A stretch of 64,000 nucleotides of DNA, from contig JBMNPL010000001.1 of assembly GCA_050943575.1 (NCBI GenBank), positions 23,336 to 87,335 of the forward strand, given 5' to 3'. Numbering within the stretch: the stretch's first letter is position 1; every line of letters starts with the position of its first letter. Positions 30,518-39,938 of the stretch are shown piece by piece. The notes beneath the pieces were generated by a model that did not search any database, was not told the origin of the DNA, and saw nothing but the letters and a program-made list of their open reading frames with translations. This DNA comes from Alphaproteobacteria bacterium. GTDB taxonomy: Bacteria > Pseudomonadota > Alphaproteobacteria > Rs-D84. The position numbers were made by a program, and so were the translations under genes.

Positions 30518-32524
30518 ATGCAAAAAAAATATCTTATCACCAGTGCATTACCTTATGTAAATGCTATACCTCATATTGGAAATTTTATAGGTAGTGTTTT
30601 ACCGGCGGATGTTTATGCCAGATTTATGCGTGCACGTTATGGGGCGGAAAACGTTTTGTTTGTATGTGGTGCAGATGCGCATGGTAGTCCTATTATCATA
30701 AGTGCCAAAAAAGAAAATATATCGGTTCTCGATTTGGTTAAAAAATATCATTCATTACATTCAAAGATTTTCGAAGAATTTCATATTTCTTTTGATGGCG
30801 GATATGGAACTACTCATACACCAGAACAAACAAAATTAGTTCATGAATTATTTAATGCTTTGGATAAAAATGGTTTTATAGAAGAAAAAATAACAATACA
30901 ACCATATTCTGTTGACGATAAAATGTTTTTAGCAGACAGACAAATTGAAGGAATATGCCCAAAATGTGGGTATGAAAAAGCTCGTGGGGATCAATGTGAT
31001 AAATGTGGAGAATTATTAGATCCGTCAGATTTGATTGATCCATATGCTACGGAGAGCGGAAGTCATAACATTGAAATGCGTGAGACAAAAAATTTATTTT
31101 ATCGTGCGGACAAAGTAAAATCAGATGTTGAAAAATGGTTTAATAAAACTGCGGAAAAAAATGGTTGGTCAAAATATGCGATTGGGGCAACAAAAAAATA
31201 TCTTTCTGAAGATATACCAAATCCATCAATTACGCGTGATTTATCATGGGGAATCCCGGTAAATAAATCTGGTTATGAAGATAAAGTATTTTATGTTTGG
31301 TTTGATGCGCCTTGGGGGTATATTTCTATTTCTCAAAATGCTAATAAGAATTGGGCGGATTGGTGGAAAGGTGGTGATAATTGTCATTATGTTCAATTTA
31401 TGGGTAAAGATAATATAAAATTTCATTCTTTATTTTTCCCTGGACAGAAGATTGCTTGGTCAGAAGCTGATTGGAAAAAAGTTGATGTATTAAAGGGGTC
31501 TTGTTTTTTGAATTTTGAAAATAATAAAATATCTAAATCTGAAAACCATGGAATCTTTCTGGACCAAGCTATAGTTGATGCACCGGCAGATTGTTGGCGT
31601 TATGCGTTATTGGCATCTGCACCAGAAACAGACGATACAGATTTTACAATTCAGCGTTTTGCAGATATTGTTAATAAAGATTTAAATGGTATATTAGGAA
31701 ATTTTGTATCTCGTGTTTGCAAAATTACGGAGAAAAATTTTGGAAATATTATTCCAAAAAAATCAAATAAATTTAATCTGGAATTGGAACAGAAGTTAAA
31801 TAATATATTGGTCGATTTAACAAATGCGTTGGAAGTATGTGAATTTCGTAAATCAATTGAAGCTTTACGTTTACTTTGGTCGTTAGGTAATGAATTTTTT
31901 ACTAAAGAAGAACCTTGGAATTTAGTTAAAACAGATTTATCATCTGCTGGGGCAGTATTAAATGAATGTTTTCAATTGATTGATTTTTATGCGCGTATTT
32001 CTGCACCTTTTATTCCAAATACTGCGAAAAAAATGCAAAGTATATTTTTAAATGTACAAAATGATTTATCATGGCCAAAAAAATACGAGCGCAGAATTGC
32101 AGATAATATGAATTTTATAGTTCCAGAAAATTTATTTTCACGCATAGATGATATCAAAATAGCATCCATGACAGAAAAATACGTGAAAAAATCACCAAAA
32201 ATTATTATTGCAAAAATTTTAACTATTGAGCCACATCCAGATAGTAATCATTTACAAATTTTATCAGTAGATGCGGGGCAGGGGGCCCCATTACAAATTG
32301 TGTGTGGTGCACCAAATGCACGCGCTGGATTAATTTCTGTTTTAGCAATGGTTGGTGCAGAATTACCAAAGTTTGATATGCCATTATCCGCGCGAAAGGT
32401 TCGTGGTGTATTATCAAATGGTATGATGTGTTCGGCGGACGAGTTGGGTATTAGTAATAATCATGATGGTATAATTGAATTGCCAGAAGATTCTGTTATA
32501 GGTGCAGAATTTAAAATAAAATGA
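30518..32524 (+). CDS. metG: methionine--tRNA ligase
   Basis: Start set at MQKKYLITSALPYVN (ATG at 30518); the longer ORF begins at TTG 30461. HIGN (HIGH-type), KISKS (KMSKS-type), zinc knuckle CPKCG...CDKCG and C-terminal EMAP-like tRNA-binding domain. Confidence 0.95.
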   Translation: MQKKYLITSALPYVNAIPHIGNFIGSVLPADVYARFMRARYGAENVLFVCGADAHGSPIIISAKKENISVLDLVKKYHSLHSKIFEEFHISFDGGYGTTHTPEQTKLVHELFNALDKNGFIEEKITIQPYSVDDKMFLADRQIEGICPKCGYEKARGDQCDKCGELLDPSDLIDPYATESGSHNIEMRETKNLFYRADKVKSDVEKWFNKTAEKNGWSKYAIGATKKYLSEDIPNPSITRDLSWGIPVNKSGYEDKVFYVWFDAPWGYISISQNANKNWADWWKGGDNCHYVQFMGKDNIKFHSLFFPGQKIAWSEADWKKVDVLKGSCFLNFENNKISKSENHGIFLDQAIVDAPADCWRYALLASAPETDDTDFTIQRFADIVNKDLNGILGNFVSRVCKITEKNFGNIIPKKSNKFNLELEQKLNNILVDLTNALEVCEFRKSIEALRLLWSLGNEFFTKEEPWNLVKTDLSSAGAVLNECFQLIDFYARISAPFIPNTAKKMQSIFLNVQNDLSWPKKYERRIADNMNFIVPENLFSRIDDIKIASMTEKYVKKSPKIIIAKILTIEPHPDSNHLQILSVDAGQGAPLQIVCGAPNARAGLISVLAMVGAELPKFDMPLSARKVRGVLSNGMMCSADELGISNNHDGIIELPEDSVIGAEFKIK

Positions 32525-33045
32525 ATCAAAATGATAAAATTGTTTTAATGTCTTGTTGTGCACCTTGTTCTTGTGGCGCGATTAGTCAGCTAAAAGAGCA
32601 AGGTGTCGATTTTATAGTTTTATTTTATAATCCAAATATTTTTCCAGAAACAGAATATCAAAAACGTTTAAATGAGCAAATAAAGTATTGTAAAAATTTA
32701 GACGTTAAATATTATGTTGGTGATTATAATCATAATGAATGGTTAAAATGTGTTAATGGTTTGGAGTCTGAGCCTGAACGTGGAAAACGTTGTATGGAAT
32801 GTTTTAAAATGCGTTTTGTGTGGGGTGCACGTTGGGCGCAAAATAATGGTTATAATAAAATTATGTCAGTATTTGGTGTTTCAAAACACAAAAATCAAAA
32901 TCAGGTAGATGTTGCCGCAATTGATTTGGGGTTAAAATATATCCCATTCAAATGGGATGAACAAAAACGCAAAAAAATTAATCAAGAATCAGATTTTTAT
33001 CGGCAGAATTATTGTGGATGTGAATTTAGTCAAAAAATTAATTAA
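32521..33045 (+). CDS. queH: epoxyqueuosine reductase QueH (DUF208)
   Basis: 174 aa; LMSCCAPCS... cysteine motifs typical of QueH. Confidence 0.8.
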   Translation: MNQNDKIVLMSCCAPCSCGAISQLKEQGVDFIVLFYNPNIFPETEYQKRLNEQIKYCKNLDVKYYVGDYNHNEWLKCVNGLESEPERGKRCMECFKMRFVWGARWAQNNGYNKIMSVFGVSKHKNQNQVDVAAIDLGLKYIPFKWDEQKRKKINQESDFYRQNYCGCEFSQKIN

Positions 33046-34378
33046 ATGGGTTATCTGACTTTTTATATTCTATAAAAATTGGCAATTGTTCCCAATTCAT
33101 AGCTTTGGCAATTCCTTTACGTAAATATCTGGTATAGGATTCTGGGATATCTGATGCACCACCAACATGGATTGCTATTTTTATCGGTTTTGTTGAAATT
33201 TGAGATACAAATTTTATTTTCATTGGGCGTTTTAATCGCGAAAGTGGTGGTTGCCGAGCTTCTATCAATTTTTCAACAATACGATTTAATAATGAAGTAG
33301 GGGCTCTATTTTCTGATTTATCATATAATTCAAACAAACGTTTCATTAGATTATGTACTCCAGTTCCATTTTCGGCCGATATTGGTAAAATTATAGGGCG
33401 AATTATTTGATAAAACGAGTTTTTAAACTGATGTTTTAATTTTAATAATTTATTTTTTTGTTCTTCTGGTTCTATTAAATCCCATTTATTAAGAGCTATT
33501 GCTAATATTTTTCCAGCATCATAAACACGTGCAGCTATTCCCAATGTTTGTTTTTCAATATCTCCAATAGAATCCACAATTAAAATTACAATATCTGTTT
33601 TTTTTAGTGCGTCTAAAGATTTTAACGCAGACAAAGTTTCTAATCCATCAACAATATTTGATTTTCTACGAAGTCCAGCAGTATCGTTAATAATTATTTC
33701 ACGATTTAAATATTTTGTTTTTATTTCTATTGTATCACGAGTAACACCCGGTTCATCCCTAACAATTACCCGTTTTTGCCCCAAAATTTTATTCACAAAA
33801 GTTGATTTACCTACATTAGGTTGTCCCATTATTGTTATGCGTAATTTTGTATCTGTAGATAAAGTATTTTTATTTTGATTTTCAGGTTTATGTTGTTTAA
33901 TAAATTCATAAATTTTATCAAATCCTTGTTTATGTTCAGCACTGATCGGAATTGGTTGACCAAATCCAAGTTTATAAAATTCGTGCAAATCATTTGTGCG
34001 TTTTATAGATTCGGTTTTATTTACTAGTAAAAGAGTTTGATTTTTGTTTGATGCCTCTTTTCTAATACGTTTTGCCCATTTTAAATCTTCAGATGTTATA
34101 CCAATGCGTCCATCAACAACAAACAAAATAATATCAGCTATTCGAATAGCATTTAATGCAAATTCGGTTGATTGTTTTTCTATTTCTGTCCCTTTAACCT
34201 CTAGACCTGCGGTATCCATTACTTCAAATTCTAAATCCTCATATTTAGCAATACCGCTTAAAACATCACGAGTAACACCCGGTCTATTATGTACCAATGC
34301 ATCACGTGAACGCGTTAGCGCATTAAATAAAGTAGATTTACCAGTATTTGGTCTGCCGGCTATTACAACTTTTAACAT
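33038..34378 (-). CDS. der: ribosome-associated GTPase Der (EngA)
   Basis: Start set at MLKVVIAGRPNTGKST (ATG at 34378, RBS aggaaaa). Two tandem GTPase domains (GRPNTGKS and GQPNVGKS) plus KH-like C-domain. Confidence 0.9.
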   Translation of the reverse strand: MLKVVIAGRPNTGKSTLFNALTRSRDALVHNRPGVTRDVLSGIAKYEDLEFEVMDTAGLEVKGTEIEKQSTEFALNAIRIADIILFVVDGRIGITSEDLKWAKRIRKEASNKNQTLLLVNKTESIKRTNDLHEFYKLGFGQPIPISAEHKQGFDKIYEFIKQHKPENQNKNTLSTDTKLRITIMGQPNVGKSTFVNKILGQKRVIVRDEPGVTRDTIEIKTKYLNREIIINDTAGLRRKSNIVDGLETLSALKSLDALKKTDIVILIVDSIGDIEKQTLGIAARVYDAGKILAIALNKWDLIEPEEQKNKLLKLKHQFKNSFYQIIRPIILPISAENGTGVHNLMKRLFELYDKSENRAPTSLLNRIVEKLIEARQPPLSRLKRPMKIKFVSQISTKPIKIAIHVGGASDIPESYTRYLRKGIAKAMNWEQLPIFIEYKKSDNPFN

Positions 34379-34445
34379 GTTTTTCCTGTTGAAATATTTA
34401 TTTGTCGGCTCTATTATATACATAAGAAAAGGAAAAGGCAAAAAA

Positions 34446-35042
34446 ATGATGTCAAAGTTTAAGCGCTGGCTTCAGCATATAGTTCACATTTTGATTCAAC
34501 CACGTCAATTTTTCTCTAAAATTGTTGCGGATGGAAATTTAGAAGAATCAATGTTAAAGGCTTTTATGTATGGTCTATTAGGTGGAATAGCCGTTTTAGC
34601 TTTACAGTTAATTGGTGGTGCTACAATTACTTTTGCAGCTGTGTTTTCCAAATTAATAATAGTTCCTGTGTTGGCTGTTGCTTTATTGTTCCTATTAGCT
34701 GGAATGATGATGATGGTATCTGAAATAACGGGTGGTGAACGCGATTGGGAAATTGCTGTCAAAGGTTTAGCATCAGTATTTTTTATTTATCCTGTTATTT
34801 TGGTATTAAATTCATTGGCTTGGAATTGTACTAGTTTATGGATAGTAAGCATTTTGGTTGATGGGTATATTTTATTTTTGCTTTACAATATTGGTGTGTA
34901 TTGTATGAAAGGTAATAAAATAAAAGTTATGTTAGTTATCGGCGCATTTGCAATTTTTGCAATAACAATTTATTCAACAGATTATCGTTTGGGTTGGTTT
35001 ATGATAAAAAATACAGGTGCAGCATTAAAATGTTTAGTTTAG
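34446..35042 (+). CDS. Yip1-like polytopic membrane protein
   Basis: Start at ATG 34446 (RBS aaggaaaagg). About 5 TM helices after a hydrophilic N-terminus. The longer ORF-track start at 34044 is an antisense shadow over der. Confidence 0.5.
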   Translation: MMSKFKRWLQHIVHILIQPRQFFSKIVADGNLEESMLKAFMYGLLGGIAVLALQLIGGATITFAAVFSKLIIVPVLAVALLFLLAGMMMMVSEITGGERDWEIAVKGLASVFFIYPVILVLNSLAWNCTSLWIVSILVDGYILFLLYNIGVYCMKGNKIKVMLVIGAFAIFAITIYSTDYRLGWFMIKNTGAALKCLV

Positions 35043-35045
35043 TCA

Positions 35046-35076
35046 TAAAAATCCCACAATAGTGGGATTTTTATTA
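35046..35076. terminator. bidirectional terminator between the Yip1-like gene (+) and the porin gene (-)
   Basis: aaaaatcccac-aatag-tgggattttt hairpin. Confidence 0.7.
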
Positions 35077-36081
35077 GAATTTAAACATAAATCCACCAGA
35101 AATAAATGGCGAAGTATGATTCGCTGAAACTGCGCCGCCACTAGCCCAAATGTTCCAAAATTGATTAATTTTATATCGTAGAGAAATTATACCAGTATTA
35201 GTAAAATAGTTTGTGGTGTTATGAAATATACCAATTTGAGATCTTATATAAGATAATGATGCGGACCATCTTAGAAAATCATAACTGATTCCAGTTCCGA
35301 TAGAAATACCATCAGAAATCATATTAATTGGGTTTTTATCATATGTTGTTTTGGTGTTTAATCCCCAAATCCAACTGTTGTATTGTAAATTTAAGCCGGT
35401 TGAGATTTGTCCACGCCAATCGGCATTTGAGCGCGGTGCATAAATATCCCCAGCAAAATTGGTTGGTTTATCTACAAAGGATGCCCCCATTGATATCGCT
35501 AATTTTGTTTTTCCATCAGAAAGTTTATATTTGATTCCGAAATCGGTCGCACTATTAAAATGATGTTGTTTTAGTGCGAAAGAAATTCCAGTTTGTATGG
35601 GGCCTGGTGTACTTACAACATTTACACGAAAAGCAAATTGTGCACCAGATATGCTAGTACGTGAGATTGTTGGTTCTATATCTATAAAATCATAGATAAT
35701 TAAATCTTTATTTATGCGTAATCCACCAACATCGGGTAGCCCCAAACCAAGTTTTGTAGCGATTGTGTCAGTCCACCCTAATTCAGCGCGTCCCCATGGT
35801 GATTCAACATAAGTAAATGCGTCCATTACCGGTTTTTCTTGAGCCAAATACCATGCGCTATGTGATATAACAGCACCAAATAACCAATTTGTAGATTTAT
35901 GATAACTGGCTTGTGCACGAATATACCAATCGTTTGCAAAATCTGATTTATTATCCGTATTTACATATCCGGCAGTTCCATAACCGGATAATTTAATGTT
36001 CAAATTTCCGTAATTATTTTCTAATGCGTTTGCGGTGAATGATAAAATACAAAAAAACAAAGGTAAAATTAATTTTTTCAT
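35074..36081 (-). CDS. outer-membrane beta-barrel protein (porin-like)
   Basis: 335 aa with signal peptide, alternating amphipathic beta-strands and C-terminal ...GGFMFKF ending in Phe. Confidence 0.6.
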   Translation of the reverse strand: MKKLILPLFFCILSFTANALENNYGNLNIKLSGYGTAGYVNTDNKSDFANDWYIRAQASYHKSTNWLFGAVISHSAWYLAQEKPVMDAFTYVESPWGRAELGWTDTIATKLGLGLPDVGGLRINKDLIIYDFIDIEPTISRTSISGAQFAFRVNVVSTPGPIQTGISFALKQHHFNSATDFGIKYKLSDGKTKLAISMGASFVDKPTNFAGDIYAPRSNADWRGQISTGLNLQYNSWIWGLNTKTTYDKNPINMISDGISIGTGISYDFLRWSASLSYIRSQIGIFHNTTNYFTNTGIISLRYKINQFWNIWASGGAVSANHTSPFISGGFMFKF

Positions 36082-36989
36082 TTATTTGTTTCCGTTAAAA
36101 TAGCCTGTTGTAATTTTTTAAAAGCCCGTTCTTCAATTTGACGCACACGTTCACGTGAAATTCCATATTCACCCGCTAATTGTTCCAGAGTTTTAACAGG
36201 ATCAGACATCCTGCGCGCAATCAATATTGCACGATCACGTTCTGACAATTCGGCCAAATGTTTTTTTAAAAGTTTCATACCGGTTTTATGCATTTGAAGT
36301 TCTGACAATCTATCTTCGATTGAATCAGTTTTATCTTCTAAATTATGAAGAATATCGGCAGAATCAGGATCTTTGTATGCAGGGGCATTTAATGATATAT
36401 CGCGAGCTTCTAATCTTTTAGCCATACGTGAAACATCTGTTTCATTAATATCTAAATATTCTGCAATTTGTTTTGCTTCGTCGGGAGATATATTATTGTT
36501 CATTATACCAAGTGCACGTTTTGCCCTAGATAAATTAAAAAACACACGTTTTTGATTTGCGGATGTTCCGATTTTAACCATTGACCAATTTGAAAGAATC
36601 ATGTCATATATTTCTGCCTTAATCCAAAACATAGCATATGTTGAAAATCTAAATCCTTTTTCTGGATCAAATTTTTGTAAAGCTTGCATTAGTCCTAAAT
36701 TACCAGATGCTATTAAGTCAGATATCGGTAAGCCATAATTTTTAAATTCATAAGCGACTGTCACCACCATACGTAAATGAGATGTAATTAATTTTTCAGC
36801 CGCCGCTAAATCTTGTTTTGATGTCCATGCAGTTGCATATTCATATTCTTCTGTCGCAGTTAAAATTGGATATTTTTTTATATATTCAATATAACGTGCC
36901 AAAGAGTAATCATCTGAAATGACGGGCAGATTTGATGAAGTTTTAACAACTGGTAGCATTTTAGACATAAGCTTTATTATAAGGTACAT
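36078..36989 (-). CDS. rpoH: RNA polymerase sigma-32 factor RpoH
   Basis: 303 aa with sigma-70 regions 2 and 4 and RpoH box QKRVFFNLSRAKRAL. Confidence 0.85.
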   Translation of the reverse strand: MYLIIKLMSKMLPVVKTSSNLPVISDDYSLARYIEYIKKYPILTATEEYEYATAWTSKQDLAAAEKLITSHLRMVVTVAYEFKNYGLPISDLIASGNLGLMQALQKFDPEKGFRFSTYAMFWIKAEIYDMILSNWSMVKIGTSANQKRVFFNLSRAKRALGIMNNNISPDEAKQIAEYLDINETDVSRMAKRLEARDISLNAPAYKDPDSADILHNLEDKTDSIEDRLSELQMHKTGMKLLKKHLAELSERDRAILIARRMSDPVKTLEQLAGEYGISRERVRQIEERAFKKLQQAILTETNK

Positions 36990-37061
36990 GGATTAAAAAA
37001 TCAACTTGCGGATAGATGATAAAACTACTATGATTTTTACAAAACCAAAAGGAATAAAATA

Positions 37062-37745
37062 ATGGGAAATATGTTATCACGAAATAAAAAAATAAAACCT
37101 GTAAAGAAAACAATAGAAGAACATGCTGAAGATGCGTTGTATCGTGAAATAAGTGAAGAAGTTCATGCAGAAAAAATGTATAATTTTATAAAAAAACATA
37201 TTCGTACTATAATTATAGTTGCAATATTAATAGTAATTACAGTTGTTGTTTTTCAATTGTATCGTAATTATCGTTTAAGTGCTGCAAATGCTCAAGCAAA
37301 AATGTTTGAAACCGCAATCGCAATGCATGCGAGTGGTGATATAGATGGTGCAGATGCGGAATTTGCTCGTGCTGCCGCAAAGGTAGATGGCGGTATGGGC
37401 GATTTGGCTTTATGGGAATCTGCGATGATAGATTTGCGTAGTGGTAAAGGTATAGCGAAATTAGAAGCATTGTCAAAAAAAGGTGCAACACGCGATTTTC
37501 GTGATCTAGCATTAATCAAACTTTCAGCTATTCATGGTGATTCAATGTCAACAAAAGAATTTGAAGATTTTTTATCACCAGTTTTAACAGAAAAATCACC
37601 ATTTTATTATACAGGTATGTTATTGGTAGCACAAAAATATATATCTGCAGATGATAAAAATAATGCGAATAAATGGTTGGATAAAATAATGAATAATAAA
37701 AAAACTCCGGCTGTTATTGCTGCAATTGCGGAAAGTTTAAAATAA
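37062..37745 (+). CDS. YfgM-like membrane-anchored TPR-like protein
   Basis: 227 aa with single TM then helical repeats. Sits upstream of a BamB-like gene, as yfgM-bamB does in other proteobacteria. Confidence 0.45.
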   Translation: MGNMLSRNKKIKPVKKTIEEHAEDALYREISEEVHAEKMYNFIKKHIRTIIIVAILIVITVVVFQLYRNYRLSAANAQAKMFETAIAMHASGDIDGADAEFARAAAKVDGGMGDLALWESAMIDLRSGKGIAKLEALSKKGATRDFRDLALIKLSAIHGDSMSTKEFEDFLSPVLTEKSPFYYTGMLLVAQKYISADDKNNANKWLDKIMNNKKTPAVIAAIAESLK

Positions 37746-37747
37746 TA

Positions 37748-38518
37748 ATGAAACAAAAATCGTTAATATTATTTTTATTAATATTTACACTAAGTGCATG
37801 TTCAAAATCAGATCCTATTTTGCCCGGGATAAGAACACCAGTGTTTGACACGTCTAGCAAGTCTGCCATATTAGGTAATATTTCAAAAAATATTGTAATA
37901 GATGGTTTTAATCGTATCAAAAATCCGGAACAACAAAAAAAGTATAAACAAAATTTAAATAATGAAATTTTTGAAGAACTTGCAGATGGGGAAAAAAGAA
38001 AAATATTTTCAGGTTTTCCAACAGATGTAAAAATAGATATACCAAGAACCCCATTGTTTTATAAAAATTTTGTTTATGCAGGATTAACAACAGGGGAATT
38101 AGTAAAAATTAACCCAAAAACAAGAAATGTTGAATGGGTTGTTGATATTTACAAAAGTATAGACATGTTAAGTGTCAATTCTGTTTTAGATATAGTTGCT
38201 CCGTTGGTAATAGATGAAGGTAGATTGTTTGTGGGTGGGGTTGGGCGTGCCTTCTGTCAAGTAAATATATCAAATGGTGATAAGAAGTGGTGCGCGGATA
38301 TATCTGTTGTTACACCTTTTTTAATTGCTGGTGATTTAGCTTTTGTTGTCGGGACTGATTTAAATTTATATGCGCTGGATACAAAAACTGGAGGAATATA
38401 CTGGATTGTTAAAGTAAAAAAATCAACCATGCCAAAAATACAATTAATTGATGATAAATATATTTTGATTGTAGGAAATCAAAAAATCGATATTATTACT
38501 GGTGTAATTGATGATTAA
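37748..38518 (+). CDS. BamB-like PQQ beta-propeller lipoprotein (short form)
   Basis: 256 aa, lipobox LSAC, PQQ-like repeats (LYALDTKTGGIYWIV). Confidence 0.55.
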   Translation: MKQKSLILFLLIFTLSACSKSDPILPGIRTPVFDTSSKSAILGNISKNIVIDGFNRIKNPEQQKKYKQNLNNEIFEELADGEKRKIFSGFPTDVKIDIPRTPLFYKNFVYAGLTTGELVKINPKTRNVEWVVDIYKSIDMLSVNSVLDIVAPLVIDEGRLFVGGVGRAFCQVNISNGDKKWCADISVVTPFLIAGDLAFVVGTDLNLYALDTKTGGIYWIVKVKKSTMPKIQLIDDKYILIVGNQKIDIITGVIDD

Positions 38519-39245
38519 AAATTTGGTTTTAATATTTCAAAAAATTATTGATTTTTTATTTCCTCCTGTATGTCCAATTTGTAAAAATTCAGTATCTCAA
38601 CATGGTACTATGTGTCATGAGTGTTGGGGTAAGTTTAATTGGATTTCAGATCCAAAATGTTATATTTGTGGTTATCCATTCCCAGCAAATCTAGATTTAG
38701 GCGATTATCCAATGTGTCCAGTTTGTGCGAATGGAAAAAACAAATTAGATTGGTTGCGTAGCGCGTGTGTTTATGATGATTTTTCCAAAGATATAATGTT
38801 ATCATTTAAACATGCAGGACAAATTCAATATCAAAAAATTATGAGTCGTGCTATGATTATGGCATTACAAGAAATAAATGAAAAAATTGATATTGTTATA
38901 CCTGTACCACTTTCAAATAGACGCTTGTTCAAACGTGGATATAATCAAGCAACATTACTTGCGTATCCGATTAAAAATTATTTTGGTGCCGTATTAGATG
39001 TTAATTCTGTAACACGAAAACATCGTCCAGATATGGGGCATAAAAATGAAAGACAACGTAAAGAAAATATTCGTGGAGTTTTCAGTATTGTTCATCCAGA
39101 AAAAATTTATGGTAAAACAATTTTATTAGTTGATGATGTTATGACAACTGGCGCAACACTGGCAGAATTAAATCGTGTATTAAAAAAAGCGGGGGCAAAA
39201 TCGGTAATGGGTATAACTTTTTGTCGAGTGGTTAGAGCTATTTAA
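38508..39245 (+). CDS. ComF family protein (double zinc ribbon + phosphoribosyltransferase domain)
   Basis: 245 aa with CPICKN...CHECW...CYICG...CPVC zinc ribbons and PRTase motif ILLVDDVMTTGATL. Confidence 0.75.
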   Translation: MMIKNLVLIFQKIIDFLFPPVCPICKNSVSQHGTMCHECWGKFNWISDPKCYICGYPFPANLDLGDYPMCPVCANGKNKLDWLRSACVYDDFSKDIMLSFKHAGQIQYQKIMSRAMIMALQEINEKIDIVIPVPLSNRRLFKRGYNQATLLAYPIKNYFGAVLDVNSVTRKHRPDMGHKNERQRKENIRGVFSIVHPEKIYGKTILLVDDVMTTGATLAELNRVLKKAGAKSVMGITFCRVVRAI

Positions 39246-39319
39246 TTAAATTGATTTTCATATTTTTGTGTGCTAATTTTATGTCTAAATCTGATTAATA
39301 AAAATCAAGAGGAGTTAAA

Positions 39320-39850
39320 ATGAGAAATATTTTACCTATTGTTTTTGTGCTTTTACCAATCACAACACATGCAATGCCATTAACAGGATTTTATCAAACA
39401 ATTGATGATGAAACGAATAAACCAAAATCGATTGTCGCATTATATGAATGTAAAGATTCAGATGATTCAGAATTGGAATTATGTGGTAGAATAGTTGCTT
39501 TATATGATTTAGAAACTGGTAAAATATCAGAAACTTTAAGTAAACCGGTTCGTGTTGCAGACAAAGTTAAAGGTTCTCCAAAAATGGCAGGGTTAGATAT
39601 TATTTGGGGTATGGAATGGGATTCAGATGATTTAGAATATTCTGATGGTAAAATAATGGATCCTAAAAAAGGTAGTGTATATTCAGCTTTGATTTGGCAA
39701 GATAAAAAAGATACATCAAAATTGCAAGTTCGGGGTAAAATTGGGCCATTTGGCAGAACACAAACTTGGAATTCTATGAAACTTTCAGATTTGCCGAAAG
39801 ATCTTCAAAAACTAGATACAAAAAAATGGAAAGTTGTAGTGATAAAATAA
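39320..39850 (+). CDS. DUF2147 domain secreted protein
   Basis: 176 aa with signal peptide; GKIMDPKKGSVYSALIWQ...LQVRGKIGPFGRTQTWN matches the DUF2147 pattern. Confidence 0.6.
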   Translation: MRNILPIVFVLLPITTHAMPLTGFYQTIDDETNKPKSIVALYECKDSDDSELELCGRIVALYDLETGKISETLSKPVRVADKVKGSPKMAGLDIIWGMEWDSDDLEYSDGKIMDPKKGSVYSALIWQDKKDTSKLQVRGKIGPFGRTQTWNSMKLSDLPKDLQKLDTKKWKVVVIK

Positions 39851-39876
39851 TATAAATTGCGCGTTTATATTTTAAT

Positions 39877-39905
39877 AATGCCGCGCTTGAACAGCGGCAT
39901 TTTTA
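39877..39905 (+). terminator. terminator downstream of the DUF2147 gene
   Basis: atgccgc-gcttgaaca-gcggcat hairpin followed by a T-run. Confidence 0.6.
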
Positions 39906-39938
39906 ATTGTAGAATATATTTAATTAATAAGGGTAAAA

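Noticed and set aside
34044-34445. N-terminal 134 aa of ORF 34044..35042
   Set aside because: This part overlaps der on the opposite strand and precedes a clear RBS + ATG at 34446. Only the C-terminal membrane protein is called.
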